Shown here one piece after another: positions 1 to 9,966 of a stretch of DNA of 64,000 bases. The notes under the pieces were generated by a model. The model was given only the letters and a program-made list of their open reading frames with translations, searched no databases and was not told where the DNA came from. The position numbers and the translations under genes were made by a program. This DNA comes from Bacteroidia bacterium (GTDB taxonomy: Bacteria; Bacteroidota; Bacteroidia; JADZBD01), in contig JAGVMA010000044.1 in the NCBI GenBank assembly GCA_020054095.1, positions 19,722 through 83,721 of the forward strand. The letters run 5' to 3'. Position 1 is the stretch's first letter; every line of letters begins with the position of its first letter.

Positions 1-2
1 GC

Positions 3-749
3 GGCAGCGGTTGTGGTTCCGCTAATTACAATTTTGCGGACACTGCATCGCAAAATACAGGAGCAAGTTATTTTTGGAATTTTGGCGATGGCAACACATC
101 TGCATTGCCACAGGCAAATCATAATTATTCGCAAAGCGGAAATTATACCATTACGCTTGTGATAACATCATCACAAGGTTGCAGCAACACATTTAGCACA
201 ACCTATAACGCCATTGTGTATCCTATACCATTAGCCAGTTTCACAAGTACGCCCACACAGGTTACTAATGTATATCCACTTGTAAGTTTTTTAAACACAA
301 CCATTAATGCAAGTAGTTACAGTTGGGATTTTGGCGATGGGAATAATTCGCTGCAACAAAATCCAACTCACACTTATGCCGACAAGGGCATATATGTTGT
401 AACGCTTTATACTTCAAATAATTTCGGTTGCCGCGATACTGTTTCCGAAACACTTGAAATTAATCCTGAGTTTGCATACTATATTCCCAATGCATTTACG
501 CCTAATGATGATGGCGATAACGATGTGTTTAACGGAGTGGGGCAGGAGGTAACAGATTTTAAGATGATGATATACAACCGCTGGGGCGAGTTAATTTATC
601 AAACCGAAAACGTAAACAAAGGTTGGGACGGCAGAGCAAAAGGCGGTGATGAAGTAGCCCAAGACGGAGTGTATGTTTACAAAATAATAATTAAAGATTT
701 TGAATTACGCTACCACGAATTTACCGGAAGCGTTACTTTATTAAAGTAA
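3..749 (+). CDS. PKD-repeat protein with gliding-motility-associated (T9SS type B) C-terminal domain; 5'-truncated by the window edge
   Basis: Frame is open from position 3 (…SYFWNFGDGNTS…). It has two WxFGDG PKD motifs and a C-terminal YIPNAFTPNDDGDND…IYNRWGE…WDG…DGVYVY…GSVTLLK. Confidence 0.9.
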   Translation, partial: GSGCGSANYNFADTASQNTGASYFWNFGDGNTSALPQANHNYSQSGNYTITLVITSSQGCSNTFSTTYNAIVYPIPLASFTSTPTQVTNVYPLVSFLNTTINASSYSWDFGDGNNSLQQNPTHTYADKGIYVVTLYTSNNFGCRDTVSETLEINPEFAYYIPNAFTPNDDGDNDVFNGVGQEVTDFKMMIYNRWGELIYQTENVNKGWDGRAKGGDEVAQDGVYVYKIIIKDFELRYHEFTGSVTLLK

Positions 750-787
750 GAGTTTTTGGTTCTCCCTTCTGTTTGCTCTTACTTTTT

Positions 788-818
788 AATCACCACCTGC
801 GCAAATCGGGTGGTGATT
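788..818. terminator. Bidirectional intrinsic terminator between convergent genes
   Basis: AATCACCACC…GGTGGTGATT inverted repeat followed by a T run. Confidence 0.65.
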
Positions 819-1763
819 TTATTCCATACCAATATGTATTAACGCATCGCCTTCGTTCACCACCGGCTGGTTGTTAATGCCAATGATATAACCCGTTTCG
901 GGAGCTTTTAATTGTTCTTCAATTTCGCCATAAGGATCGGATAAAGTTCCTATCACCTCATTTTTTTTGATGAGTGAACCATATTTTTTTGTGGTACGGA
1001 ACAAGCCGCTCATATCTGCTCGCACCCAAGTGGTGTCGTTTAAAACTTTGGTTTCGCATTCGGGTACTTCCACATCTATCATCCCTAAATTTTTCATCAT
1101 GCGCAAGCAGCCATTAATGCCCTCGGTAATAGCGGTTTTATTAAATCGCATCGATTCGCCCGCTTCGTAAACCAAAATTTCTTTTCCTTTTTTTGCTGCT
1201 TCGTGCCGCAAAGTTTTTTCGCGGTAAGGAGCATCTAAAATAAATGGCGAACCAAAAAGTTTTGCCAATTCTAAATTTTTATTGTCGCTAAAAACACAAC
1301 GCAACTGTGGGTAGTTATTAATTTTTGCACCACCGGTATGAAAGTCAACCCCAAAATCTATTTGCGGAATAATTTCTTTCATCATATCATAAGCAATGCG
1401 CGAGCCCAGCGAACCGCTTTGTGAGCCCGGGAAACAGCGGTTTAAATCTTTTCCATCAGGCAAATCGCGCGAGTGATTTAAAAACGAAATGATATTTATA
1501 ATTGGCATTGCAAGCACGCTGCCTTTTTTAAGTTTAGAAAAATAACCGCCACGCAAAAGTTGGCGTACTATTTCTATTCCGTTGGTTTCATCGCCATGCA
1601 GGCCGGCTGTTAGCAAAAGCACCGGACCATCTTCCATTGAGCGAAAAACGTGTACCGGAATTTCCATGATGGTGCGCGTGGGCAATCGGTATAAGTTTAA
1701 ATTTACTTCTGCTTCTTTTCCTGGTTTTATAACCTGATTATTTATTACAATTTCTTTTGGCAT
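819..1763 (-). CDS. Succinylglutamate desuccinylase/aspartoacylase family (M14-like) protein
   Basis: GLHGDETNG, DLNRCFPG and DFHTG zinc-binding motifs; typical neighbour of rimK. Confidence 0.9.
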   Translation of the reverse strand: MPKEIVINNQVIKPGKEAEVNLNLYRLPTRTIMEIPVHVFRSMEDGPVLLLTAGLHGDETNGIEIVRQLLRGGYFSKLKKGSVLAMPIINIISFLNHSRDLPDGKDLNRCFPGSQSGSLGSRIAYDMMKEIIPQIDFGVDFHTGGAKINNYPQLRCVFSDNKNLELAKLFGSPFILDAPYREKTLRHEAAKKGKEILVYEAGESMRFNKTAITEGINGCLRMMKNLGMIDVEVPECETKVLNDTTWVRADMSGLFRTTKKYGSLIKKNEVIGTLSDPYGEIEEQLKAPETGYIIGINNQPVVNEGDALIHIGME

Positions 1764-1769
1764 AATTAA

Positions 1770-2660
1770 TTAGTGTAAAACATGATGAAATTCGTTTCGC
1801 TCAACGTACTCAATAATTTTTCCGGCAATATCCACACCGGTAGCACCTTCAATGCCTTCTAAACCGGGCGATGAGTTTACTTCCATCACCAACGGACCTC
1901 TTTTAGACTGCAACATATCTACACCGGCAATGGCGAGCCCGAGTTTTTTTACTGCTTTTATTGCGGTAGATTTTTCTTCGGCACTCAATTCAATTACCGA
2001 TGCATGACCACCACGATGTAAGTTGGAGCGAAAGTCTCCTTTTGCCCCCTGTCTTTTCATCGCGCCTACTATTTGACCATCTACCACAAATGTGCGTATA
2101 TCTGCGCCTTTTGCTTCTTCAATAAATTCCTGAACTAAAATGTTTACTTCTACTCCCAAAAATGCTTCAATTACTGATTTTGCAGAGTTACGTGTTTCCG
2201 CCAATATTACGCCAATGCCTTGTGTGCCTTCCAATAATTTTATTACCACAGGCGCACCACCTACTTGGTTTAGTACGCTATCAATATCTTTCGGACTCGA
2301 TGCAAAAGCGGTTTTTGGCATTCCTACTCCTGCTTTTGCAAGCAATTGTAAACTCCGCAGTTTATCTCGCGAACGAACCAATGCCTGCGATTCAACCGAT
2401 GAAAAAACTTTCATTTGCTCAAACTGACGCACCACTGCTGCTCCATAAAAAGTAACCGAAGCACCAATGCGTGGAATTATGGCATTGATGTTTTTTAACT
2501 CCTCGTTTTTATAAAAAATATGCGGCTTATTTTTTTCAATTACAAGTACACATTTTTGGTGGTCAATCACTTGAATTTTGTGGCCACGCTTTAAACCGGC
2601 TTCCACCAACCGATTGGTAGAATATAATTTTGCGCTGCGCGATAAAATGGCAATGTTCAT
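1770..2660 (-). CDS. rimK: RimK ATP-grasp alpha-L-glutamate ligase
   Basis: MNIAILSR start, [52 protein letters not shown]. Confidence 0.95.
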   Translation of the reverse strand: MNIAILSRSAKLYSTNRLVEAGLKRGHKIQVIDHQKCVLVIEKNKPHIFYKNEELKNINAIIPRIGASVTFYGAAVVRQFEQMKVFSSVESQALVRSRDKLRSLQLLAKAGVGMPKTAFASSPKDIDSVLNQVGGAPVVIKLLEGTQGIGVILAETRNSAKSVIEAFLGVEVNILVQEFIEEAKGADIRTFVVDGQIVGAMKRQGAKGDFRSNLHRGGHASVIELSAEEKSTAIKAVKKLGLAIAGVDMLQSKRGPLVMEVNSSPGLEGIEGATGVDIAGKIIEYVERNEFHHVLH

Positions 2661-3121
2661 TTGTTGGTTTTTTTCTTTTTTAGTTTTTTATTTAACTGTG
2701 CAATAAATTCTTTTGATACATCTACAATAAAACGATTTTTTAAAAGTCGCCTGCCTACCAAAACCGGATAACGCATGGTGCCTCTGTTGGTGAGCGAAAT
2801 TACTGATTTAATGGTTCGTCTGCCCACACGCACTTTTGTTTTTATAATGTAACGTAGCTCCGATTCGCCAAACGAATTTTTAATTTCTTTTTGGCTGAAT
2901 GATTTAAAAACCTGCTGCTGCTCGTTATATTCCGGATGTGTTGGATCGAGCAATTTGAAATACAGCAATCCGTTTTGCTCATGAATATCGTGGCAATGCA
3001 AGGCGGTGCTAAAAGCGCCCGTATCAATTTTTGCCGCTATGTTCATCAGGCCTAATTCCGGAAAATCAATGTATTCTTTGCTTCCTATTATGTTTTTTGC
3101 CCGCTTATTTTTGGTAGCCAT
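2657..3121 (-). CDS. RimK-associated retropepsin-like protease (RimB / 'ATP-dependent zinc protease' family)
   Basis: AKIDTGA motif and [11 protein letters not shown]. Start moved to the ATG at 3121 (MATKNK) because the longer ORF overlaps the divergent gene. Overlaps rimK by 4 bp. Confidence 0.85.
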   Translation of the reverse strand: MATKNKRAKNIIGSKEYIDFPELGLMNIAAKIDTGAFSTALHCHDIHEQNGLLYFKLLDPTHPEYNEQQQVFKSFSQKEIKNSFGESELRYIIKTKVRVGRRTIKSVISLTNRGTMRYPVLVGRRLLKNRFIVDVSKEFIAQLNKKLKKKKTNK

Positions 3122-3169
3122 AAATAGCTTTCTGCTCCATGCAAGGTAGCATTTTTTATATTTACGGAA

Positions 3170-4213
3170 TTGAAAAAAGTAGATTATATAATTGTGGGTA
3201 AAGGCATAGCGGGTACTGTTATGGCGCTCCAACTTGTGCAGCAAAATAAAACTGTTTTGGTGATTGATGAAAATGCCCAAAGCAGCGCATCAAAAATTGC
3301 TGCCGGATTAGTAAATCCTATTGTGTTTAAGCGAATGGTAAAATCGTGGATGATGGACGAAACGCTACCTGCCATGATGGAATTTTATACCAACTGCGAA
3401 AAATTATTTGCGGCTAAATTTTTTTCCGAGCGAAGAATAGTAAAAATTTTTGCCGAAGAACAAGAAGTAAATTTTTGGAATAAAAAACGTGCCGATTATC
3501 ATTTTTTATCCGAACCGCTGCCGGGTAAAAATTACATCAACACAATTGAAACGCCTTTCGGTTATGCTTTTGTAAACAATGCAGCGCATTTAGAAGTAGT
3601 ATCGTTTTTAAATCATTCGCACAATTACTTACAAGATAAATGCGAATTAGTAAACGAGAAATTTGATTACAACCAAATTAAATTTTTGGATGATGAAGTA
3701 ACATATAAAAACTACAGAGCCAAAAAAATTATTTTTTGTGAAGGGCATAAAGCCATGGGCAACCCATTTTTTAACTATGCACAATTCAAATTAACCAAAG
3801 GAGAATTGCTCGAGTTAAGTATAAAACAAATGCCAGCTACAAATGATGTACTGAACAAAAATGTTTTTTTATTGCCGCACACAACAAATAATTTTACGCT
3901 TGGCGCCACTTACAACTGGACAGATTTAACAGAAGAAATAACTACCGATGCAAAAAACGATTTACTAAACAAACTTGGTAAAATAATTAGTTTGCCGATA
4001 GAAGTTATTTCGCAGCGAGCAGGAATACGACCTGCCGTTGCCGATAGAAGACCATTGCTTGGCTTACATCGTGAGCATAAGCAATTAGTAATTTTTAACG
4101 GACTTGGCACAAAAGGAGTTTTATATGCGCCCTATTTTGCGCAGCAACTCGTAAGTTTTTTGGAAAATAAAAAACCGCTGCCACCCGAAGTGGATGTAAA
4201 CAGATTTGCTTAA
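3170..4213 (+). CDS. FAD-dependent oxidoreductase (DAO/glycine oxidase-like)
   Basis: N-terminal IVGKGIAG dinucleotide motif, ASKIAAG, AGIRP, NGLGTKG. Confidence 0.88.
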   Translation: MKKVDYIIVGKGIAGTVMALQLVQQNKTVLVIDENAQSSASKIAAGLVNPIVFKRMVKSWMMDETLPAMMEFYTNCEKLFAAKFFSERRIVKIFAEEQEVNFWNKKRADYHFLSEPLPGKNYINTIETPFGYAFVNNAAHLEVVSFLNHSHNYLQDKCELVNEKFDYNQIKFLDDEVTYKNYRAKKIIFCEGHKAMGNPFFNYAQFKLTKGELLELSIKQMPATNDVLNKNVFLLPHTTNNFTLGATYNWTDLTEEITTDAKNDLLNKLGKIISLPIEVISQRAGIRPAVADRRPLLGLHREHKQLVIFNGLGTKGVLYAPYFAQQLVSFLENKKPLPPEVDVNRFA

Positions 4214-4650
4214 CGCTTTTTCCTGAAAAATTCTTTTAGCAATTCGGCGCAATCGTGCTGCAGCACACCGCTGATGACGGTGGTTTTAGGATGTAACAAA
4301 TTTGTCTCTGTTTTTTTATAGCCGCGTTTTTCATCGGCAGCACCATACACTACCGTTTTAACTTGCGACCAAAATAGCGCTCCGGCACACATCACACATG
4401 GCTCAAGTGTAACATAAAGTGTACACTCGTTTAAATATTTTCCGCCCAAATGATTGGCTGCTGCGGTTATTGCCTGCATCTCGGCATGAGCGGTTACATC
4501 GTTTAATCGCTCGGTTAAATTATGTGCGCGTGCAATTATGGTATTGTTGCAAACCACCACTGTGCCCACAGGCACTTCATCGGCATCAAAAGCTTTTTGT
4601 GCTTCCTTTAGCGCTTCGCGCATGTATTTTTCGTGTGATGTGTCGAGCAT
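4210..4650 (-). CDS. tadA: tRNA-specific adenosine deaminase / nucleoside deaminase
   Basis: EVPVG, AHAE and TLEPCVMC zinc motifs. Confidence 0.9.
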   Translation of the reverse strand: MLDTSHEKYMREALKEAQKAFDADEVPVGTVVVCNNTIIARAHNLTERLNDVTAHAEMQAITAAANHLGGKYLNECTLYVTLEPCVMCAGALFWSQVKTVVYGAADEKRGYKKTETNLLHPKTTVISGVLQHDCAELLKEFFRKKR

Positions 4651-4652
4651 GA

Positions 4653-4730
4653 TTACACTTTTTTATTTTGTGCGTGAGATTGCTTCGCTATGCTCGCAAT
4701 GACGATGAAAAGAAGCAAGCGGCAAGAAAG
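4653..4730 (-). pseudogene. Remnant of the 5' end of a TPR-sensor paralogue (signal-peptide fragment)
   Basis: Translates …LLLFIVIASIAKQSHAQNKKV*, nearly identical to FFIALVIASVAKQSHAQGNKKI at the start of the 6323 gene. It stops 2 bp before tadA. Confidence 0.5.
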
Positions 4731-4826
4731 AAAAAATATACGAGATTGCCTGCCTGCGAAAGGCGGGCTTGCAATGACGAGTGCAAATGGCGTCATTGCG
4801 AAGGAGCGAAGCAACTGCGGCAATCT
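4676..4826. repeat. Cluster of three REP-like palindromic units (GAGATTGCTTCG…CTCGCAATGAC family)
   Basis: Units at 4676-4703 and 4742-4778 (the second with an internal GCCTGC…GGCGGGC palindrome), plus an inverted unit GTCATTGCGAAGGAGCGAAGCAACTGCGGCAATCT at 4792-4826. Confidence 0.75.
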
Positions 4827-4834
4827 AAGTTTCA

Positions 4835-6323
4835 TTATTTAAATTTCAGTTTTTTGATATTTTTTTCAATGTACTTATCCGTTGGCAACAAACTTGTTTG
4901 TATGCGCTTAGCGTAGCGTATTGAATCTAAAATTTCTTTTTGATTCTCTTCTACCAAGTGTTTTTGATTTTCCACTACCTGCTTTTGTTGTTCAATAATT
5001 AATTTTTGTTTTTGTGTTACACGCAAATTACGGAAAACAAAAAATGCAAATGCAACTACTAAAAGCAAAACTCCACTCACCGAAAACAAAATAATTTGCT
5101 GTTGCTTTTTATCGGCAACTGCTTTTTGGTCTTTTACTTCTTGCTCGGCTTTGGCAGCGGTTTCTTTTTTATCAAACTCGTATTGCATTTGTTGTTGCAC
5201 AGTTTTTTTGGTGTTTTCTTCGTTCACTAAACTATCGCGGTATAAAACATATAGTTTGTAGTTTTCTAATGCGCCTTTATAATTGCCTAATGCGCTATCG
5301 GATTTAGACAGACCATAAAAAGTGTTTTTTTATTGATTCTTTTTCGGCTAATTCAAGTGATAGTTTTAACGCTTTTTCAAGCCATTGTCTGCCAGTTTTA
5401 GCTTCATTGATAAATGGATAAAGATTCCCAATGTTGATATATGAAAGGCACACAAAGCTTTTATCACCAATTATTTCTCCCATTTTTAAAGCCAAAAAAT
5501 AATTATTTTTTGCCTCGGCATAGTTGCCTTGTTCGAAGTACAATGCGCCAAGATTGCCAAGGGAAATGGCCAGCCCTCGTTTGTCACCAATTTCTTCTTT
5601 TATTTTTAGTGACAAAGTGTGATATTTTACTACCATAGTGTAATTTCTTTGTTTAAAATAAATGCCGGCAATATTATTATAGGTAGAAGCCATTCCCTTT
5701 TTATCACCAATATCTTCCTTTATTTTCAATGAGGAGAAATAGGATTTAAGTGCTTCCGAGTAATTATTTTGGTTAGAATAGAGGTTTCCTATATTATTGT
5801 AGCAGTTGGCCACCCCTTTTTTATCACTTATTTCCTCAAAAATAGTTAAAGAAAAATAATAGCATTTCAGCGCTTCGGTATAATTCCCCATTTCAAGATA
5901 ACTCATCCCGCAGCCATTGCTGGAACGCGCCATCCCATCTTTATTGCCTAACTCCGTGTGTAACTTTAAACTTGCTAAATTATTTTTTATCGCTTCGGGG
6001 TGATTCCCCTGTAAATGATATATATTGCCAATGTTATTGTGATAATGCGCCATCCCTTTTTTAAAATTCAATTTTTCGGTAAGCGCTTTAGCTGTGTTGG
6101 CATAGTAAATCGCAGTGTCGTAATTCCCTGCTTGCCACCCCGCCCATTTGCTTAGAGCGTTTAACACATTCACCTTATTTGTATCCTCCTTAGCCGTTTT
6201 TAAAATGGCGAGTAGTGAGTCTATTTTTTTGTTTCCTTGCGCGTGAGATTGCTTCGCTACGCTCGCAATGACGAGGGCAATAAAAAACGGGAGTTTACTA
6301 TTTAACGCGAGTGGGTTTTTCAT
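4835..6323 (-). pseudogene. TPR-repeat membrane sensor ending in a SpoIIE-type coiled-coil tail, split by a +1 frameshift in an A7 run
   Basis: ORFs 5304-6323 (signal peptide plus TPRs) and 4835-5227 (TM helix plus ILDSIRYAKRIQ tail) join if one T is removed from T7 at 5325-5331, giving …KESIKNTFYGLSKSDSALGNYKGALENYKLYVLYRDSLVNEENT…. Confidence 0.85.
6245..6272. repeat. REP-like palindromic unit inside the signal-peptide coding region
   Basis: GAGATTGCTTCGCTACGCTCGCAATGAC; 6241-6274 matches 4672-4705 at 33 of 34 nt. Confidence 0.8.
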
Positions 6324-6367
6324 GCGAGAGGTAAATTTAAAATAATATTCGCAATCACAATTCTCAG

Positions 6368-9300
6368 CTAAAAATACGCCCGTACTTGTGCGCTGCCTGT
6401 GTGTATTACTTTAATGCCTTCGGGTTTGCGGCCATCGTAAATAAATGATAGCTGCATATTGTTGTTTAAATTTCGCTGATAGGATAATTGCCAGGTAAAA
6501 TTATTTCCGGGTTTTAACGATTCGAGCATTTCAAATGCGAGCGGAGAATTTTCGGCATCGTTATAAGTAATTTTTAAATAGTTTGCTTTTGCAAGCAAGC
6601 TGCCTTTTGATAGTATGTTGTATTTTATTTCTGCACCCGCACTTTGTATCGTAGTTTTTTGTCCGCCCAGTTCCACGCTGTTTTTCTTTTCGCTGTAGCG
6701 CAAAATTATTGCTGCTCTAAACGATGTGTTGGGCTGATAAGAAATGCGCGGCTCGGCATCGCTATATGCAATTTTATAATTGCGCGTGGAAAAAAACTGC
6801 GATGTGTTTGATTTTAAACCGCTGCGTACCGAAGATGTTACACTCCATTTGCTGCTGAGGTTAATACGCAATTTTAATTCGTTAAAAGTATTTCCGCGCG
6901 CATCAAACCCGTTTGCCAAAAGTGTTTTATTGCGGTTATCACTATAAGTGTAATCCATCCCGAAAATCATTCCGGCTTGGTTAAAAAACAACGTGTTTCG
7001 CACCGATGAGTTAAGCGCCAGCAAAGTGCTGTCGGCCACATTTTTTAAAAACGGATTATACGATTTTGTTAAATTTTCATCAGTTGATTTTCTATCTACA
7101 CGGTAAGCAGTTTGGTTTGCAAAGCGCGACAAAAATTTTCGCACACCTTTTTTTGTGTTCCATATTGCGGCAGGTTTCAGTAAAAATGTTTGGCTAAACT
7201 GATTGGTATATGTTTTTACATAATCATTAGTAGGCACAAATACTTTTATGTAAGTAGCTTGATCAGGAAAAGCTGCAATTTCAAATTCGTTTAACTCTTT
7301 CACTTCGTTTCCGTTGTAATCCACCCAAGTGTAAACGCCTTGTCCGGCAGGCACTTCAATAAAAGTAAACTCACGTTTTAGCTCAAGTCCGCTTCCTATT
7401 TCATAAAAAGTAGAAGAGTTTATTAATCCTTTGTAAAGTATAAAATCATATTCGGTGCGGCCCACAAGTGAGTTATCGGGCTTGTTAAGTATGAGCGTGG
7501 AATCAACAATTTTTAAATTACGATAAGTGGTTGTAAATCTAAAACGCTGTTTTTGGTTTTTTAGCAACTGCAAATCGAACATCACATTATCGGCAATGGC
7601 AGTAGTGTTTAGGTAATTTTGTTTCACCGCTTTATCTTCTCTTCGCTTGTAGCTAAGTGTAAATTTATTTTTAAATGTATCCGGAGCCGATATAAAAGCT
7701 TCGGCTTCATAAAACTGGTAGCTGGCAGCAGTAAGCGAATCGGAAGCAATGGTGCGGAACTCGTTTTTTTCTGTTTGCGATTTTGCACCCAGTTTTATGT
7801 ATTTAAGATTATAAGCAAACGAACTTATTTGCCGTAAAAATTTTGTGCTCACCGTTTGCGTTTCGGAATTTAGTAGCGATCCGGTGGCGTTAAACGTAAT
7901 TTTTTTATTACTGATGTTGCTGAATAACCCGTGTTTAAATCCCTTGTAATTATCATCTTCCACAAAGCTGCTGAAATTATAACCCAGCACCGAGTTTTTG
8001 TTTACACGATACTCGGCAGTAGATGAAATTAAATGCTGGTTATTATTAAACGTGCCCGTGAGCGGCCGGTTCCAATCTCTATCAAACTCAATGGAACGAT
8101 AGCGCTCAATAAACGTAAATGTTTTTTGCACATACTCGTAGTTAGAGCTAAATTTTAACCATGTTGCCGAACCTTTACCGTCAGCCGATTTTGTTTTCCA
8201 TAATGGCAACGTAGATTCAAAACCTCCGCGTGCGGCAAAGCCCCTGTCGTTAAGTTTATTAAAACGCGAGTAAAGATTAATATCGTATTCGCTCATGGCG
8301 CCTTCGGCAAAAATTTTTGTGTTTTTTGTTTTGCCAAGTTTGTATTCTATTGATGAAGTGAGTAATTGTTTTTTCTTTGGAGAAATTAAAAGTATAACCG
8401 GCTCGAAACTTCCGCGCGGCAAGCCGGTAATGGTATCGGGCATTATCCATTGGTAAACTTTTCCGTTAGCCGATGAGTTTATTTGCACATAGTTTCCTTT
8501 GTTATTTCCTACAAATGAAAAACCAAGTCGCCAATTTGCAAGCGAGTCATCGGTTGAATAAACGTAAACATTGTTATAAGTAAACGAGCCAATGACAGAA
8601 TCAAGTTTTTGGTAAAACACTTCGCTGTTATTATAAGCAGCGCTATCTGCCGATGGCGCAATGGCATTTTGCAAACTATCGCCAACGGACGATAGCAGCA
8701 GTTTTTGCTCTTCGCTAAGCTGCTGCTGCAAAGGGCGGTTTTTGTTATCCTGCTCGTTAAAGTAATTTACTTTAAAAGCAAAATCGCCTTTAGTAAATTC
8801 ACTACCGACATGAAAAAGTGAGCGACCATAATTTTTATCGGAGTACTGAAACTCAACCGTAATCCGCTTGTCTTTTGTGATTTGAATTTTAGGAGTAAAA
8901 ATTATTTCGGCCGTGTTATAGTCAATCACATAATCGTTATCGGCACCGCGTTGCAAAAGCTCACCGTCTATGTAAACTTTTTCAGTACCTGAAAGAATAA
9001 TGATGAATAATTCGTTTTCGGCACCGCGCAAGCGATAAGGCCCTTGATTACTTTCAATGCCCATAAAAATTTGTCGGAAAAATTTTCCTTTGCTTACCGC
9101 ACCGCTTGCTGTTAAAAATAATTTTGCCGTTTTGTTGGGCAGCGGGTTGCTATCTAAATTAAATTTTGTGCTAAAACTTAAACCTTGCGCTCGTTTATAA
9201 AAATTCATGAAATGGCTGTTGGGTCGTTTCATCACAAAATCTCCGGCAATTAGTTTTGTATTTAGTTTTGATACTTGTATAAACACACGGTCGAACTCTT

Positions 9301-9910
9301 GTATTTGCTGCGTGTTTCCATCGGGCTGTATGGGAATATTTTCGTCTGTTGCCGAAAGCAATAAATCAACATCGTTATTCAGTTTGCCCGAAAGCTCCAA
9401 ATGCAAATTAGAGTTTACCGATAAATCTTGATTATTACCAAACTGAATGCCGCGCGATATGTTTCCATTTTTGTTTAATCCGCCAAAAGCAAAAATATCG
9501 TTGTTGGTTTTATTATCGGGCGTATAAATAAATGGATTGGTGATTTTTTTCTTTTCCGGATTTATCAGGTCGCTGTTTTTGCGCTGATATTTTTTACCGA
9601 AGTTAACCGGCAGCGCCCTGAACGAGATTTTACAGCTATCGCCTTTTATTTGCTTTTTATTAAGCTCGGTTCGGTTCCAAATTAACTTACTTTCGGCATG
9701 GTTTATTTTGTAAAAGTTGCTATCGGCAGCGGTTCCATCAGGTAAAATAATTTTTACAGTTCCGTAAACAACGCTCACCGTATCAAGTGTAATGGTATCC
9801 GCTTTAAGCGATATGTATTTTTGCCTGTTATTATTTTGCTGCTGGGCATAGCCATAGTTGCTCGCCACAAGCGCACCCGTAAAAACGATAAAAAGCAACT
9901 GTTTCACCAA
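6368..9910 (-). CDS. Large putative outer-membrane beta-barrel protein of unknown function
   Basis: 1180 aa, signal peptide, alternating aromatic beta-strand pattern, C-terminal …AQVRAYF barrel signal. Confidence 0.75.
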   Translation of the reverse strand: MVKQLLFIVFTGALVASNYGYAQQQNNNRQKYISLKADTITLDTVSVVYGTVKIILPDGTAADSNFYKINHAESKLIWNRTELNKKQIKGDSCKISFRALPVNFGKKYQRKNSDLINPEKKKITNPFIYTPDNKTNNDIFAFGGLNKNGNISRGIQFGNNQDLSVNSNLHLELSGKLNNDVDLLLSATDENIPIQPDGNTQQIQEFDRVFIQVSKLNTKLIAGDFVMKRPNSHFMNFYKRAQGLSFSTKFNLDSNPLPNKTAKLFLTASGAVSKGKFFRQIFMGIESNQGPYRLRGAENELFIIILSGTEKVYIDGELLQRGADNDYVIDYNTAEIIFTPKIQITKDKRITVEFQYSDKNYGRSLFHVGSEFTKGDFAFKVNYFNEQDNKNRPLQQQLSEEQKLLLSSVGDSLQNAIAPSADSAAYNNSEVFYQKLDSVIGSFTYNNVYVYSTDDSLANWRLGFSFVGNNKGNYVQINSSANGKVYQWIMPDTITGLPRGSFEPVILLISPKKKQLLTSSIEYKLGKTKNTKIFAEGAMSEYDINLYSRFNKLNDRGFAARGGFESTLPLWKTKSADGKGSATWLKFSSNYEYVQKTFTFIERYRSIEFDRDWNRPLTGTFNNNQHLISSTAEYRVNKNSVLGYNFSSFVEDDNYKGFKHGLFSNISNKKITFNATGSLLNSETQTVSTKFLRQISSFAYNLKYIKLGAKSQTEKNEFRTIASDSLTAASYQFYEAEAFISAPDTFKNKFTLSYKRREDKAVKQNYLNTTAIADNVMFDLQLLKNQKQRFRFTTTYRNLKIVDSTLILNKPDNSLVGRTEYDFILYKGLINSSTFYEIGSGLELKREFTFIEVPAGQGVYTWVDYNGNEVKELNEFEIAAFPDQATYIKVFVPTNDYVKTYTNQFSQTFLLKPAAIWNTKKGVRKFLSRFANQTAYRVDRKSTDENLTKSYNPFLKNVADSTLLALNSSVRNTLFFNQAGMIFGMDYTYSDNRNKTLLANGFDARGNTFNELKLRINLSSKWSVTSSVRSGLKSNTSQFFSTRNYKIAYSDAEPRISYQPNTSFRAAIILRYSEKKNSVELGGQKTTIQSAGAEIKYNILSKGSLLAKANYLKITYNDAENSPLAFEMLESLKPGNNFTWQLSYQRNLNNNMQLSFIYDGRKPEGIKVIHTGSAQVRAYF

Positions 9911-9966
9911 CTAACTAATTTACTAATTTGCAACACTAAATAACGTAATAATTAACAGTTTGTTGT

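Noticed and set aside
4668..4916. Short ORFs across the REP cluster (4668-4916 +, 5' part of 4653-4835 -)
   Set aside because: Mostly translations of palindromic repeats; only the last ~25 codons of the minus ORF resemble a real gene start.
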